64,000 nucleotides of DNA, taken from positions 4,712,001 through 4,776,000 of the forward strand of contig NC_082719.1 in the NCBI RefSeq assembly GCF_030144855.1. The letters are read 5' to 3'. Source of the stretch: Hypanus sabinus (taxonomy: Eukaryota). Positions 45,059-57,850 of this stretch are shown here, in pieces. A program made the position numbers and the translations under genes. Position 1 is the first letter of the stretch. Every line of letters starts with the position of its first letter. The notes beneath the pieces are model-generated. The model ran no database searches, was not told the origin of the DNA, and saw only the letters and a program-made list of their open reading frames with translations.

Positions 45059-46976
45059 AGAATATACTCACAGGAATCAGGTGATAAATAATATCCACTG
45101 TTTACTTCACAAAATCTGTACATAGCATTAGAATTTTATTTCATCCATAACAATGTGTACAGTTTTATTCTGACATAATCTGATCATCAACATGCACAGA
45201 GGATTTCATGAATTAATTTCCAGTCCAAGATTCACCAGGCTCCATCAGCTACATCTTTTTTTGTATGGAGTAGATCATTGCCTGTCCAACCAAAATGATC
45301 TGTGAGCATAGAGGAAGAAAATTTTTTGATTTTGAAGTGAGCATAATGTGTAATTGATGCATAGCCAATACACATTATTGAAAAAGTAGTACAGTATTCA
45401 TTTGAAAGCTAATAGTGAAAGTCTAACAAGGGCAGAATCCAGTTGTGAATACACTAAAGTTTGAAACAGAGCTAAATTATTTTCTCTGAATGGAACAGTA
45501 TAACGCATAATTCCTTCCAGATTTTGCACTACTGCTCACACATGTAAGAGTGCTTTAATTGTTGTAACGGGACTTGGAGTTAGAAGAGTAACACAGACAT
45601 GATGAATTTATCAGAAGTTTATTAACTGAAACTATGATAAGATATGCAAACTGGAGTGGGATTATAGAGTGGCAACACCAATTCCAGATAAAGATTTTTG
45701 CAGATATCCACATTGTGCACACAGAAATACTCAGGATGAAAGGATGTGCAAGAAGTCTGTCTTTACTGCCCTGTTTAGACATTGACTTTGCAACATGAGT
45801 ATTTACCAAAGTCATAGAAACAATCAACCAGAAATTCTTCACAGATATGCAATGGCTGTAGAGAGTAAATCTTAACTTTGCTGAAAGAGGGAATTACAAT
45901 TTTCTTTACTGACCAATTGTCACCCAAAGTATTCTTGTGAACCACTGATTCATACCTATATCACTGCTATAGATGAGCAGAAATCTACATATGCTTTTCA
46001 TAGCTTATTAGAGTAAATCAGTTATATCAAAAAATGTTATCATCTATGGTTTCACAATTGTTCTGAAATTGGATGGTATCAGACATGTACTAATTCCTTC
46101 AATTTAGCTGATTTCAAATGGAGCAGCCAAGAAATTAGAACAGTTAAAAATCTTTTCACGAAGCAGAAGTTGTAGAGATACTTAAAATTCAGCTTGACTC
46201 ACCATTTGGCTACTTACATGCTGAACTATAGAACTGCAGACATTACCATATGGTGTGCACTTGTAGAGCTCTTTAAGAAGAATCAGCTAATAATTTCACA
46301 TTTTCAAACTTAAACAGAAGCAGGTAAGTCAAAATTGTCACTTTGACTCAAACAGCAGGAACAAAGTTTTAAAAAAATATGTGTGTTGAAGTACTCCCAA
46401 GCCACTCAAGCTCACGGACAGATAAAGGAAAGATCTGAAGGCAGCTCGTGAGAATACAGAGGAAATAAAATGAGATTAGTGTACATGGGTACCAGAGGGT
46501 CAGCGTGACTTGGTGGCCTGTTTTCATGTTAGCTGAATCTATGATTTCCTATGTGGGAGGTAAAAGCAATGCAGATCTGCAAGGGATAGATAGTGAACTT
46601 TTTAATTATAACATTGTGTCTGAGTTGGATTAAATGAGACTTCATTAAGTAAAGTATCAAAATGAAGAAAACCCGTTAAAGAACAGAAACCCTTTCTGAG
46701 CTTAAACCTACAACTCAATAGTCCTGAAAATTGATTCACAGCTATAAATCTTATCCAGTAATCAATTTTCATATAACAAGATTAGGAATATTTTAAAAAC
46801 TGGATACTAGTTATATTGTTTTACAATGAACAGAGTAAAATACTAATGAATGTGTGAAATATAGGTTGCATGTTTATATGCAAAAACATTTCACTGTAAA
46901 AAATGAACAGTATAGACATTGATGCGTGGACATTGGTATTTACATAGGTCTATCAAGTTTTCTGCCATATGATAAA

Positions 46977-47172
46977 TCACTACATACAGAATACTGAAGG
47001 AACTCAGCAGGCCAGACAGGATCTAATGGAAAAGAGTACAGAGTACATTTCAGCTCGAAACCTCGACTGTTCTCTTTTCCATAAATGCTGCCTGGCCTGC
47101 TGAGTTCCTCCAGCGTTTTGTGTGTGTTGTTTGGATTTCCAGCATCTGCAGATTTTCTATTGTTAGTGATTA
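46977..47172. mobile_element. Two Penelope 3' terminal fragments in inverted (head-to-head) orientation
   Basis: 46994-47054 is the imperfect reverse complement of 47055-47113. Both match the terminus at 10004-10111. Possible TSD GATAAA at 46971-46976 / 47173-47178. Confidence 0.85.
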
Positions 47173-47954
47173 GATAAAACACTATTTCTTTTCATGATCC
47201 ATATGGCACTTTAGAACATCAATGCCATAAGTGCTATCTGATTGGGTTCCCCTGAATGGTTTAGCTTGTCCTCTTTACAACTTTCATTCAAATATACTCA
47301 AGAAAACATAATGATATTAAAGGAACATTAGGTGGAATGCAATGTCAAGAATTGAAAGTGATAGGAATTAGAGGGAAAATTACTCTTGGATGAAATCATT
47401 GCTAAAATAAAAGGGAGGGTGGATGCAGACTAAAGATGAACACTCTCAGTTGTGGGCATCATGAAAAGAGTTCCTCTCCAGAGCTAACTATATCAATTGC
47501 ATCATCCTTAACTTTCCCTCATCATGTCACACTAGGTTTGCTCTCTGATAATTGTATTGAATTCCTTTTTGTTCACAATACACAAAAAATGAATTAATCT
47601 GTAGCTGCATGCTTAAAAAACCCATTGAACATTTAGTGCAAAAGAAAATCTTGTCAAACAAAAGTCAGGTAAGACAGAGAGTTCCCAGTACATCTTTTTC
47701 CTTTGAGACAGAGGATGACCTAACTGAACTCTGGGTTCTGAGATTGCATAGAAACTGCAACCTTGTCCACAGATGGAGCAAGTGGTGATTGACTGGTAGA
47801 AAAGATGTATTTAATTTGCAACTGCAGTTAAGTTCATTTTTGATTGCTTTGTATTTGCATTGAAGCATCTCATTGAAAATGTGTGTACTTTCAATTGTTA
47901 CAGCAAATCTGTCTTGCACTTTTATACAAGTTGCTCTGATGTCTGCCAGACTGA

Positions 47955-48440
47955 ATTAAATTGAATTGACTTTATTACTTACATCCTTCATATACATGAG
48001 GAGTAAAAATCTTTACGTTACATTTCCATCTAAATGTGCAATGTGCAATTTATAGTAATTTATAATAAATACTATGAGCAACAAGATAGTCAATATAACA
48101 TAGAAATACATTTGTATTAGCATGAATTAATCAGTCTGCTGGCCTGGTGGAAGAAGCTGTCCCGGAGTCTGTTGGTCCTGGCTTTTATGCTGTGATACTG
48201 TTTCCCGGATGGTAGCAGCTGGAATAGATTGTGGTTGGGATTACTAGGGTCCCTAGTATTCCTTCAGGCCCTTTTTACACACCTGTCTTTGTAAATGTCC
48301 TGAATAGTGGGAAGTTCACATCTACAGATGTGCTGGGCTGTCCGCACGACTCTCTATAAAGTCCTGCGATTAAGGGAAGTACAGTTCCCATACCAGGCTA
48401 TGATACAGCCAGTCAGGATGCTCTCAATTGTTCCCCTGTA
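47955..48440 (-). mobile_element. Rex1-type LINE 3' part
   Basis: Minus strand encodes GTIESILTGCI.AWYGNC and LLPSGK...RTNRLRDSFF. (ATTCA)n-like tail. Confidence 0.85.
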
Positions 48441-48832
48441 GATATTGTGCCACAGGTGCATGGGGCTGCTCATGAAATGAGACTTAAAGTGGGCGGTGAA
48501 TCATATAGAGTTCCCATTTGCCCTGGATTTAGCTTTCTACTTCCCCTGCCTTTCCTGATATCAGTCTTTTCTGCAGCTGTTCTGTGGGCCCATGGAGAAA
48601 GGTTCTCTAAAGTCTGATATCCTTGCCAATGGGAATTCCACAATGATATGCCAGCACAGAATGCTTCATGTTGCACCCTAGAAAAACCACACAGTCCCTG
48701 TTTTACTGCCTGAATCTATGCACATAATGCTAAAGCACTACTCATGAAAAATGTGACAGATTCCAGCCCTAAGTATTCTACAGAAATGCCAACATTTCGT
48801 ATAAAATAATTGTTCTCTTCCTTTTCTAAAGA

Positions 48833-49745
48833 TGGGGTGGCATGGTGCCTAGTGGTTGGCACAATAGTTTACAGTAGAGGCTTCATGGGTTCAATTCCTG
48901 CCACTACCTTTAAGGAGTTTGTATGTTTTCCCTGTGACAGCGTGAGTTACATCCAGGTACCCTGGTTTGCTCGCATAGTCCAAAGATGTAAGTTAATTGA
49001 TCATTGTAAATTGTCAGTGATTAGACTATTATTGCGCATTGAATTTGTTTAAATCTTACATCCATCCCACAACGTGAGAGAGTTAAAATCTTTGCATTAT
49101 GACTCCGCCGCAATGTACAGACATGTGGATTTGTAAGTCTAATGGCTTGTAGAAAGAAGCTGTCCCATAGCCTGTTGGTCATGGCTTTCATGCTGTGGTA
49201 CCATTTGCCAGATGGAAGCAGCTGAAACAGTTTATGGTTGGGGTGACTGGCGTCCCCAGTGATCTTCCAGGCTTTCTTTACGCACCTGTTGCTGTAAATG
49301 TCCTCAGTGGAGGGCAGTTCCCATCCACAGATGTGCTGGGCTGTCCATACCACTGTCTGCTGATGCAGTTGATGCAGTTCCCTTACCAGGCGGAGATACA
49401 CCCAGTCAGGATGCTCTCAATAGTGCCCCTGTAGAAGGTCTTGAGGATTTGCAGGCTCAAGCCTAACTTTTTCAGTCGCCTGAGGTGGAAGAGATGCTGT
49501 TGTGCTTTTTTTGCCACATAGCCAGTGTGTACAGTTCAGCTGAAGTCTTTGATGATGTGTATACCAAGGAACTTGAAACTACTTACCCTCTCAACTGCAG
49601 ACCCATTGATCGATGCGAGACTGACTCCATTCTTCCTGTAATCCACAATTAACTCTTTTGTTAAATTGGGGGATTGTTGGGCAGTGTGGCTCAAAGGGCT
49701 GGAAGTTTCTGTCCTGTGTGGTATCCCAATAAATAAACAAATAAG
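48833..49745 (+). mobile_element. V-SINE split by a Rex1 insertion (head/core 48833-49030, tail 49660-49745)
   Basis: A-box TGCCTAGTGG, B-box GGTTCAATTCC, core AGTCCAAAGA..TCATTGTAAATTG. The tail GGGCAGTGTGGCTCAAAGGGCTGGAAG..AATAAATAAA resumes after the insert. Confidence 0.78.
49035..49660 (-). mobile_element. Rex1-type LINE 3' part nested in a V-SINE
   Basis: ORF 49021..49401: HPNHKLFQLLPSGKWY...TNRLWDSFFLQAIRL. Confidence 0.88.
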
Positions 49746-51699
49746 ATAGCCACATGGGTATAAGTATTTATCAACTATGGTTAATTTTTTTTGTAAATTA
49801 TAAGGATATTAATCTCAAAAATACAGAGTATTCCTAACACATTGCCATTGTGAATTGTATCATGCACCACACAGACTGTAATGGTTCAAGAAGAACCATC
49901 TTTACTTTCTATAGCAAATACGAAGGAGCAATAAATGGCAGTGACTCCCAAAAACAAGTAAATTACAGACTCAGAGGATAAGTAAGTACATTCACATAAA
50001 TATTGTTTCAAGCTGAAAGATACCAAAGAAAAGTTGTATTTAATAACGAAAGTTACAAGAAAACAGTGGGTGATCGATATCAAAGTGCAGTAATATTAAA
50101 TACAAGTGACCCAGACATCCACACTCATTGACGTGTATTACCCTTAAAGACAAGCAATGAACTTCTTTACAAATTTAATGCAAAAGTCTCTGCCTTTGAC
50201 TCATCTTTAATATAATGCATCTTGATCAAGAGGGGCACTCCGTATTAAGTTCGATAAAGTGATGTGAACCATATATAATTCTTTAATTTGACAGGGCTTC
50301 TCTTTAGTTAAAATACATTGAACAGCAACATTCCAACCTTGTCATGGTATCTGACAGGTTTGACATGTTCTCTCTGTGTCAATAGATCAGAGGACCTCCC
50401 AACAATTAAAGTTTGCAAATCAACTTTGGGTTTTTATTGCTTCACTGCCCATGACAAGAACATTGGGTTGAGCTGTATATCAACCTTTACAGGGACTGAA
50501 ATGCAATAGTTCTGGGAATTTGACTTTAATTTTGACTTTAAACTTGATCTTTTTGTTGCATCATTGACCACCTTATTACCTATATAGCCCTGGTCTCCTA
50601 AAAGAGAATATCCAGAGACCAAAAACAAACACAGCTATTGTGTGCATGAGCAACTCCTGTCAAGCCAACACGCAGATACCTGACAAGCAAAACTATCTAT
50701 TCAAGAGAGTTAATGAAAAGCAGTACTTCTATCAATTTTGTATTTTGCACGACACATTTACCCACAGCCATGAGAGGCAATGATTAGATGGACATAAATC
50801 TGTTGAATGGTTGTGAAATCTTGTGAAACGATTGATGATGTAATGATGTGGCAGCCCACATGCACTGTATGTTTCTCATTGTCTCCTATCTTTTTACCCT
50901 GTTCATGTTTCTTCTAAATTGCATTGTCCACTCTTCAGACTAAATTATTTTTCCACTGCTTCTTCCTAAAATAATAATGATTACAGCACAGAGTATTCAA
51001 ATTTGCTCCCTCAAAGACCTTTCAGATTCCACTTCATTATATTGTCATGTGTGTTTTACATCAGCATTTCTGGCATTTTTACGTTGTTGTTCTAATTTTT
51101 GTTTAATATAACTCAGTGGAAAATCAGATGATATTTGTTCCCCACAGCAACAATGAAAAGTGATCATCGCAGCAGCAAGAGCAAGACAACGGACACACCT
51201 GTGAATAATGATATTAACAGGAATTTATTCTACCAATGGGAATTTATGGTATGCTGCTGGGAAACAAAATGTTACCTCTACCTTCCAATTACTGTGGAAA
51301 CATAATACTTCTGGAAACCAGTTAGATTAATCAATTGACTATTTTTGGAAATATCTGGCTTACTTGTGATATTATGCCTAAATACACAAGTGGACTTAAA
51401 AAACATCATTAAATTTAACCCTATTAATTAGTTTAGGCTGTATGATTACAGGAGGGCTTTGTGCAGTTTTAAACTCATTGCACGTGTCACATCTCAGCTT
51501 CATACAGTAACAAAAATAATTTAGAAATAGGTTATATTACAAATGCAGTTTTCAGAAAGACAGGTGCTTAAGGAGTATTTCAGTTATTTTTTGTTACTAA
51601 TTATTTAACCTACATAAAAATTGACTTATGGGTCTCTGAAAATTAATTATGAATAAAGAAGAAAGAGATTATTAAAGAAGGAAGGTTAACCTTTTATTG

Positions 51700-52375
51700 C
51701 ACAAAATTTACAATATTTTACATTGCTCTGCTTAAAGAAACATGTTAGATTAAAACAACATGGAATTGAGAGACCTTGCAATGAAATTCCATAGTTCCCC
51801 AAAAGAGATAGCACAGGTGGATAAAGTAGTGAGGAAGACATTTGGATGCCTTTATAATATGAGGGATTAAGTATAAGAGTTGGACAAAATGTTACAGAAC
51901 TTAGGGTTCTGGCTGTTACACTATGGGAAGGATATCCCAGCAATAGAGAGAATGCAGCAAATATTCACCAAGATGTTGCCTTGAATGGAGGGCTACAGTA
52001 TGAGGAGAGATTGCATCAGGTGGATTGATTATCTCTCAGATGTTGCAGGCTCAGTAGTGACCTTACAGAAGTTTACAAAATTATGAAAGGCATAGATTGG
52101 CTAGAGAATCCGAATTTATTTTTGCCCCAGGACAGGGGAAGGGAGAAAATTAAAGGAGATCTGAAGGGTAGCATTTTTCCCTACAGATGGCGGTGAGTAT
52201 TTTGATTGAGCTCCCTCTAGGCAGATCATGCTACATTTAAAAGGTACTTGGACAGGAAGGAAGTAGAGGAATATGAGCCTCATTTGGGCAAATAACATCA
52301 AGACGGTTAGCCATCGTGGTTGGCTTGAACAAGATCGATCATAAGGACTCACTCTGTACTGTACCTTTCTATGAA
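51700..52375 (+). mobile_element. Old CR1-type LINE fragment
   Basis: Remnants such as IERMQQIFTKMLP..EG..YEERL and DLTEVYKIMKGID. Confidence 0.7.
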
Positions 52376-52999
52376 TCATTAAGTCTATAATTCTAACTTG
52401 TAAAAATTTCATTTTGCTTATATTTTTGTCAGAGTCAGTCAAACACATCTCCAAATTTAATTGGTCCATCGCAACCGGAAAGCTTCTAATATCCTTGGCC
52501 ACAAGATGCAATAACTTCTAAAACCACTCTTTAGGCCTGGGGACTGATGCAATTAAAAGTGTCTCAGTGCTGATTAATTCATCCTAGAGAAAATGCAAAT
52601 ATGAATAGTAGTAATCTTTTGCGGTGAAATAGTTAGAAAACCAATACATAAGATCTTGGAAATTCATATTCCACAATGTAAACCACACTTAAAAATCCCC
52701 AATCTATTGATGTGATTACATTATTTTGGCTGAATTACTGAAAGAAAGTACAATTAAATGTCAATCTCTAGGACAATACTTTAGATATAATTGGTTACAA
52801 CTGCATTTTGAGAAACGCATGTTAAATTATAAACATTTCAGCCTAAAAATTGTTTGGACTTTATAAGTGTGCACAACCGACCTGGCTTTGTACAGAAAAT
52901 GCTCAAAAAGGCTTTCTTTGTAAGCTCCATCATTGCTGAGGAACAAAGGAGAATTTCATTAAAGCCATAGCTTGCAGTGAATAAGGGGCTGTGGTTCAG

Positions 53000-54086
53000 A
53001 GAGACCTCAGTCAGTCCGGATCGGGAGCAGCATCTCCAACAACATCACACCGAGCATCGGGGCCCCCCAGGGCTGTGTGCTCAGTTCACTGCTGTTCAAT
53101 CTGTTGACCCACGACTGTGCTGCAACAGACAGCTCGAACTGCATCATCAACTTCGCCGACGACACGACCATGGTGGGTCTCATCAGCAAGAATGACGAGT
53201 CAGCTTACATAGAGGAGGTGCAACGGCTAACGCACTGGTGCAGAGCCAACAACCTGTCTCTGAATGTGAACAAAAGAGATGTTTGTTGACTTCAGGATGG
53301 CACGGAGCGACCACTCCCTGCTGAACATCGACGGCTCCTCGGTAGAGATCGTAAAGAGCACCAAATTTCTTGGTGTTCACCTGGCAGAGAATCTCACCTG
53401 GTCCCTCAACTCCAGTTCTATAGCAAAGAAAGCCCAGCAGCGTCTCTACTTTCTGCGAAGGCTGAGGAAAGTCCATCTTCCACCCCCCATCCTCATCACG
53501 TTCTACAGGGGTTGTATTGAGAGCATCCTGAGCAGCTGCATCGCTGCCTGGTTCGGAAATTGCACCACCTCAAATTGCAAGACCTTGCAGCAAATAGTGA
53601 GGTCAGCTGAGAGGATCATCGGGGTCTCTCCTCCCGCAATCACAGACATTTACACTACACGCTGCATCCACAAAGCAAACAGCATTATGAAGGACCCCAT
53701 GCACCCCTCATACAATCTCTTCTCCCTCCTGCCGTCTGGGAAAAGGCTCTGAAGCATTCGGGCTCTCACAACCAGACTATGTAACAATTTCTTCCCCCAG
53801 GCTATCCTCAATACCCAGAGCCTGGACTGACATTTTGCCCTATTGCCCTATTTATTATTTATTGTAATGCCTGCACTGCTTTGTGCACTTTATGCAGTCC
53901 TGGGTAGGTCTGTGGTCTAGTGTAGTTGTTGTGTGTTCTTTTCTCTCTGTGTTGTTTTTTACGTAGTTCAATCTAGTTTTTGTACTGTTTCATGTAACGC
54001 CATGGTCCTGAAAAACGTTATCTCATTTTTACTATGTACTGTACCAGCAGTTATGGTCGAAATGGCAATTAAAGTGACTTGACTTG
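53000..54086 (+). mobile_element. Rex1/Babar-type LINE, 5'-truncated
   Basis: Closely similar to 14835-15925. [26 protein letters not shown]. Tail GTGACTTGACTTG. Confidence 0.93.
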
Positions 54087-54512
54087 CTCTGAAGAAACGG
54101 TTGGTACTGTGGAAAGGAAGGTTGAGATATGAAGAAGTCAGAGTTTTGGTTACTGGGCTCATAATGAGGTTAGGGTCAGGGCGATGAGAGATCCATGAAA
54201 TATCTAGAGTGATGTAGTTGTTGAAGATAGACATCTTACGAACTTTAAAACAAATTATCTCAAGAGGTCCTAATACACCACTGGCAAACTCAGGCTGGTT
54301 CACACATGTGCATCCCATTGCTGTCTTTGGGAAGTCTGTGTCTGTATGAATGGCTTGTGCCATTTGCAGGCCCCAAATGAAAAAGACTTTTAGGCAAACG
54401 ACTGCAAAACATGTATGGCATAGCATAGTGTTGTGCTTGTCCATTGCTTCAGTACTTAAAAACATTATACACATAGAGAAACTGGAATAAATTTTGTGTA
54501 CTTCAAGAAATA

Positions 54513-55436
54513 CAAGATGATCCAAGATGGTGGCGCGAGGCAGCTTGCAGCGGCCACTCCGGAGCTAATTATCTGTTATTTGTGAATTATTTGTTATTTG
54601 CCGTGTGCAATCATAATCAATTGAAAACCGGACATGGGAGCATGGAGGAACATTTGGAAATCTCCAGGAAGACCTTCTTCGTTGCTGCTGCTGCTGCTGT
54701 GAGGTCCGGTACTCTGCTGGGAAGAACAGCCCCCAGTCCTCGGGGTTGCGTTGCCGATGGCTGTTGGCGGGGCCGTCTTAATACACTTGGCAGAGGATGG
54801 TGCTCGGAGAAGCTGTGCAGGAGGGGATGGTCGTGGGAGGTTTGACCGACTCAGGTCGCTTTCGGTGTGTGCTGCGTCTGCGAGGCTGGTTTCGACAGAG
54901 CTTCCATTGTGTGCTGCGTCTGCGAGGCTGAGTCAGGCAGCGCCTTGGAAGTCCATAGCGGGGGTATTCCCTACTGCCGTCAGCGTGGGATGGCGAGTCT
55001 GTCAGGACCCTGGGGACTTGTGGAAACTGTGGTGATTTCTTTTGAACTTACAGTCCTTTAACTTCTTGGACTATTTTTACTGTGCCCATAGTCTGTTTTT
55101 TTTTATCAATTATGCTATTGTTTGCACTGTTGTAACTATATATTGTAACTATGTGGTTTTCTGCAGGTCTTATAGCTTTAGTTTTTGGTCTTGTTTTTGT
55201 CTGGTGGATTTGGAGCTCCTTCCCGGGAAACGCGCTAGACGGTAGCATGATATTAATACGCAGCAGCCTCTCCGGACTCTGGATTGGGGATTGCCAAAGG
55301 TTACATGGTTTTTCTGGTGTAGTCTGTTTTGTCATATGCTTTTGTGATATCATTCTGGGTGAACGTTGTCTCATTTTTTAACTGCATTGCATTTGTGGTT
55401 TCTAACTGACAATAAACTGAATCTGAATCTGAAACT
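54513..55436 (+). mobile_element. Non-coding ~925-bp retroposon with Rex1-like 3' end and (CTGAAT)n tail
   Basis: CCAAGATGGTGGCG start, CpG-rich 5' half, AACGTTGTCTCATTTTT at 55362-55378 and TGACAATAAA at 55407-55416. Possible TSD GAAATA at 54507-54512 / 55437-55442. Confidence 0.75.
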
Positions 55437-55574
55437 GAAATAGGATTGCCTTTGTGTAACAGAGGGGGAAGAAATTGTTGACATGCATCCAGGAGAGCTT
55501 TTTCACACAGTTTGTAGATGGACCAGTGGGGGAACTGAACAACTGAACCTTACCTTGAGAAATGTTGTTTGTCA

Positions 55575-56917
55575 GATCAAGGCAATGTCAGCTCAGCTGT
55601 CTCAGTCATTCCACAAAATGCACTTAAACAGCATTCCAAAGATACTGAGCTGAAACCAGCAGATATCCAACTAAGAACCTTCAGTGGAGAAAGGATAACT
55701 CCTGTGGGAATGACATTCCTAACAGTGAAACACAATAACCACCAAGTCACACTGGGCTTGTACATAGTAAAAGCAGGAAGGTCAGCATTATGAGGTTGTG
55801 CATGGCTGAGACAATTACACTTGATTGGGGATCATCCACCATTCGCATCCGTACCTTTGCAACAGAGTCAACTGAAAGCAAATTAAGAAAGGTACTGGAT
55901 GGTGCCATGGCAATGTTCAAGGATGGCATTGGAAAACTCAAATACATCAAGGGTAAAATAGTGTTAAATGAAAATGCCACAGCCAAGTTTTACAAAGCCT
56001 TTTCGGTTCCTTACACCATACCATTGTGATGAAGTAGCCAGTGAGCCAGATAGCATGCAGACTGAAGAAGTTCTTTCTAAGACTGAAAGAAGCTCATGGC
56101 CAAACCAGCGGTCCCAGTAGTTGAGATCTGTGGTGATTTTAAGATCACCATCAACCCAGTAACGAAAGCGGATCAGCATCCTTTGGCCAGGATAGAGGAC
56201 ATCTTTGCAAATCTTTCTGGAGGGAAACTCTTCAGCAAAGTGGACATGGTTGAGGCCGACCTACAGATGGGGATAGACGAAGAGTCCAAAGTGTTTCTCA
56301 CCATAAACACTCACTAAGGGCTTTATCACTATGATAGGCTTATTTCTGGAATAGCGTGTGCACCTGCACTCTACCAGAAAGCTATGGGCCAGGTGTTGCA
56401 ATGCTCTCAAGCTACTCAGTGTTACGTGGATGAACTCAAAAGTTTTGTCTGGTATAAATCAATAGACTGAGCAGCTCACCAAGCACTGATAGGGATGCCA
56501 ACATGTCCAGAAGAAAGGTGTCTAGAGCTTTTAGAACCACTTCTGTAGTCAGAGTTAACTCCTGCAACTTGCATGGAGGAGGCCCCAGATCCTCAGATAG
56601 TTTCAAATCCACAAGTCTCTCCTGCCAAGCAAAATGGTGTGTGTGTGTGTGTGTGTTGACCTGGAGTTTACATCTAAGTAGGGAGGAGGGTAGTGCATTT
56701 AATATTTCAGAAGATTGTAAATATAGTGTTTGATTAAGCATTCTCTGTTTGTTTACATCATTCATTATGGGTTATACATAAGAAGTATGTGAATGGCATA
56801 GGTCATTACACACCATATCACATGGGAATGCCTTACTAAAAGTAATACGAGTATGACACACACATACAAGAGTCCCATGTTTTCCCTTTTGATTAGTTTG
56901 AGTTACAAAACATAACA
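55575..56917 (+). mobile_element. Gypsy fragment: protease-RT remnant, internal deletion, 3' LTR (~56689-56917)
   Basis: SAVSVIP..LRTFSGE, ICGDFKITINP..HPLARIEDIF..FSKVD..TINTH, CYVDE. Purine tract AGGGAGGAGGG, then an LTR-like block ending TAACA. Confidence 0.8.
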
Positions 56918-56929
56918 CATTTTCTCTTT

Positions 56930-57850
56930 GTAATAAAGGTGAATAATTTGCACATGGATGTAGGATGTATGATCAGTAAGTTCATAGGAGATACAAAGAT
57001 TGATGAAGATTGATGAAATTGACAGTGTGGATTGTAGCCTTAGGCTACAGGGGAATATTAATGTGTTCGTCAAATGGCCTGAGAAATATCAGATGGAGTT
57101 TAATCGAGATAAATTTGATGTGTTGCATTTTGGGAGTACAAATGACGCTATGACATATACCATGAGTGGCAAAGGCCTAGATAGTACTAAGGAACAGACA
57201 GACAATTGCATAAACATCTAAAGCCAGACAAGAAAGGTAGATAATGTGACTAAGGAGACATAGTGGATACATGCACTCATTAATCAGATCACTGAATACA
57301 AGAACAGGGAGATTATGCTGCAACCTTATGAGACAATGGTCAGATCTTAACTAGAGTACTGCATACATTTGTAGTCACCACATTATTGGACGGCTATGTC
57401 AGTACTGGAGATAATGTGGAGGAGATTCACCAGGATGTTGCCTGGGATGGAGCAGTTCAGTTATGAGGTGAGACTAAGTCTGAGTTTCCTGGAGAAGAGG
57501 AGGCTAAGAAGGGATATGACTGATATATATAAAACTACGAGGAATATAAATTTGAGGTGAATAAAACAGGAGAAAGTAGCTTTAAGATGAGGCATAGAAA
57601 ATTTAGAGGGGGACTAAGAGCAACTATTTTCACCCAGAGAATGCTGAGTACTTGGAATACACTGCTGGAGAGAATGGTGGATGTAAAGCTGCTGCCAGCA
57701 TTTAAAAAACATCTTAATGAGTACTTAATCTCCTTGGCATAGAAGACCAAGTGCTGATAGATGAGATTAATATAAATACATGCTCACTGGTTGGTGGGGA
57801 CATGATGGGTAGAATGGCCTATATTCATGTTGCAAGAGATTATGATTCAA
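56930..57850 (+). mobile_element. Old CR1-type LINE fragment
   Basis: YQMEFNRDKFDVLHFG; RRFTRMLPGME; FTQRMLSTWNTL. Confidence 0.85.

Noticed and set aside
47605-47668. Plus-strand 64-nt segment KKPIEHLVQKKIL with a CAG|GTAAGA donor, resembling an RPEL repeat
   Set aside because: The invariant Arg-Pro is absent and the acceptor lacks a pyrimidine tract.
50775-50850. PBX-HOX-like motif cluster
   Set aside because: No exact TGATNNAT match. Such near-matches are expected in AT-rich DNA.
53968-54525. 185-aa minus ORF
   Set aside because: Both ends lie in antisense repeat sequence. No recognisable motif or convincing splice sites.
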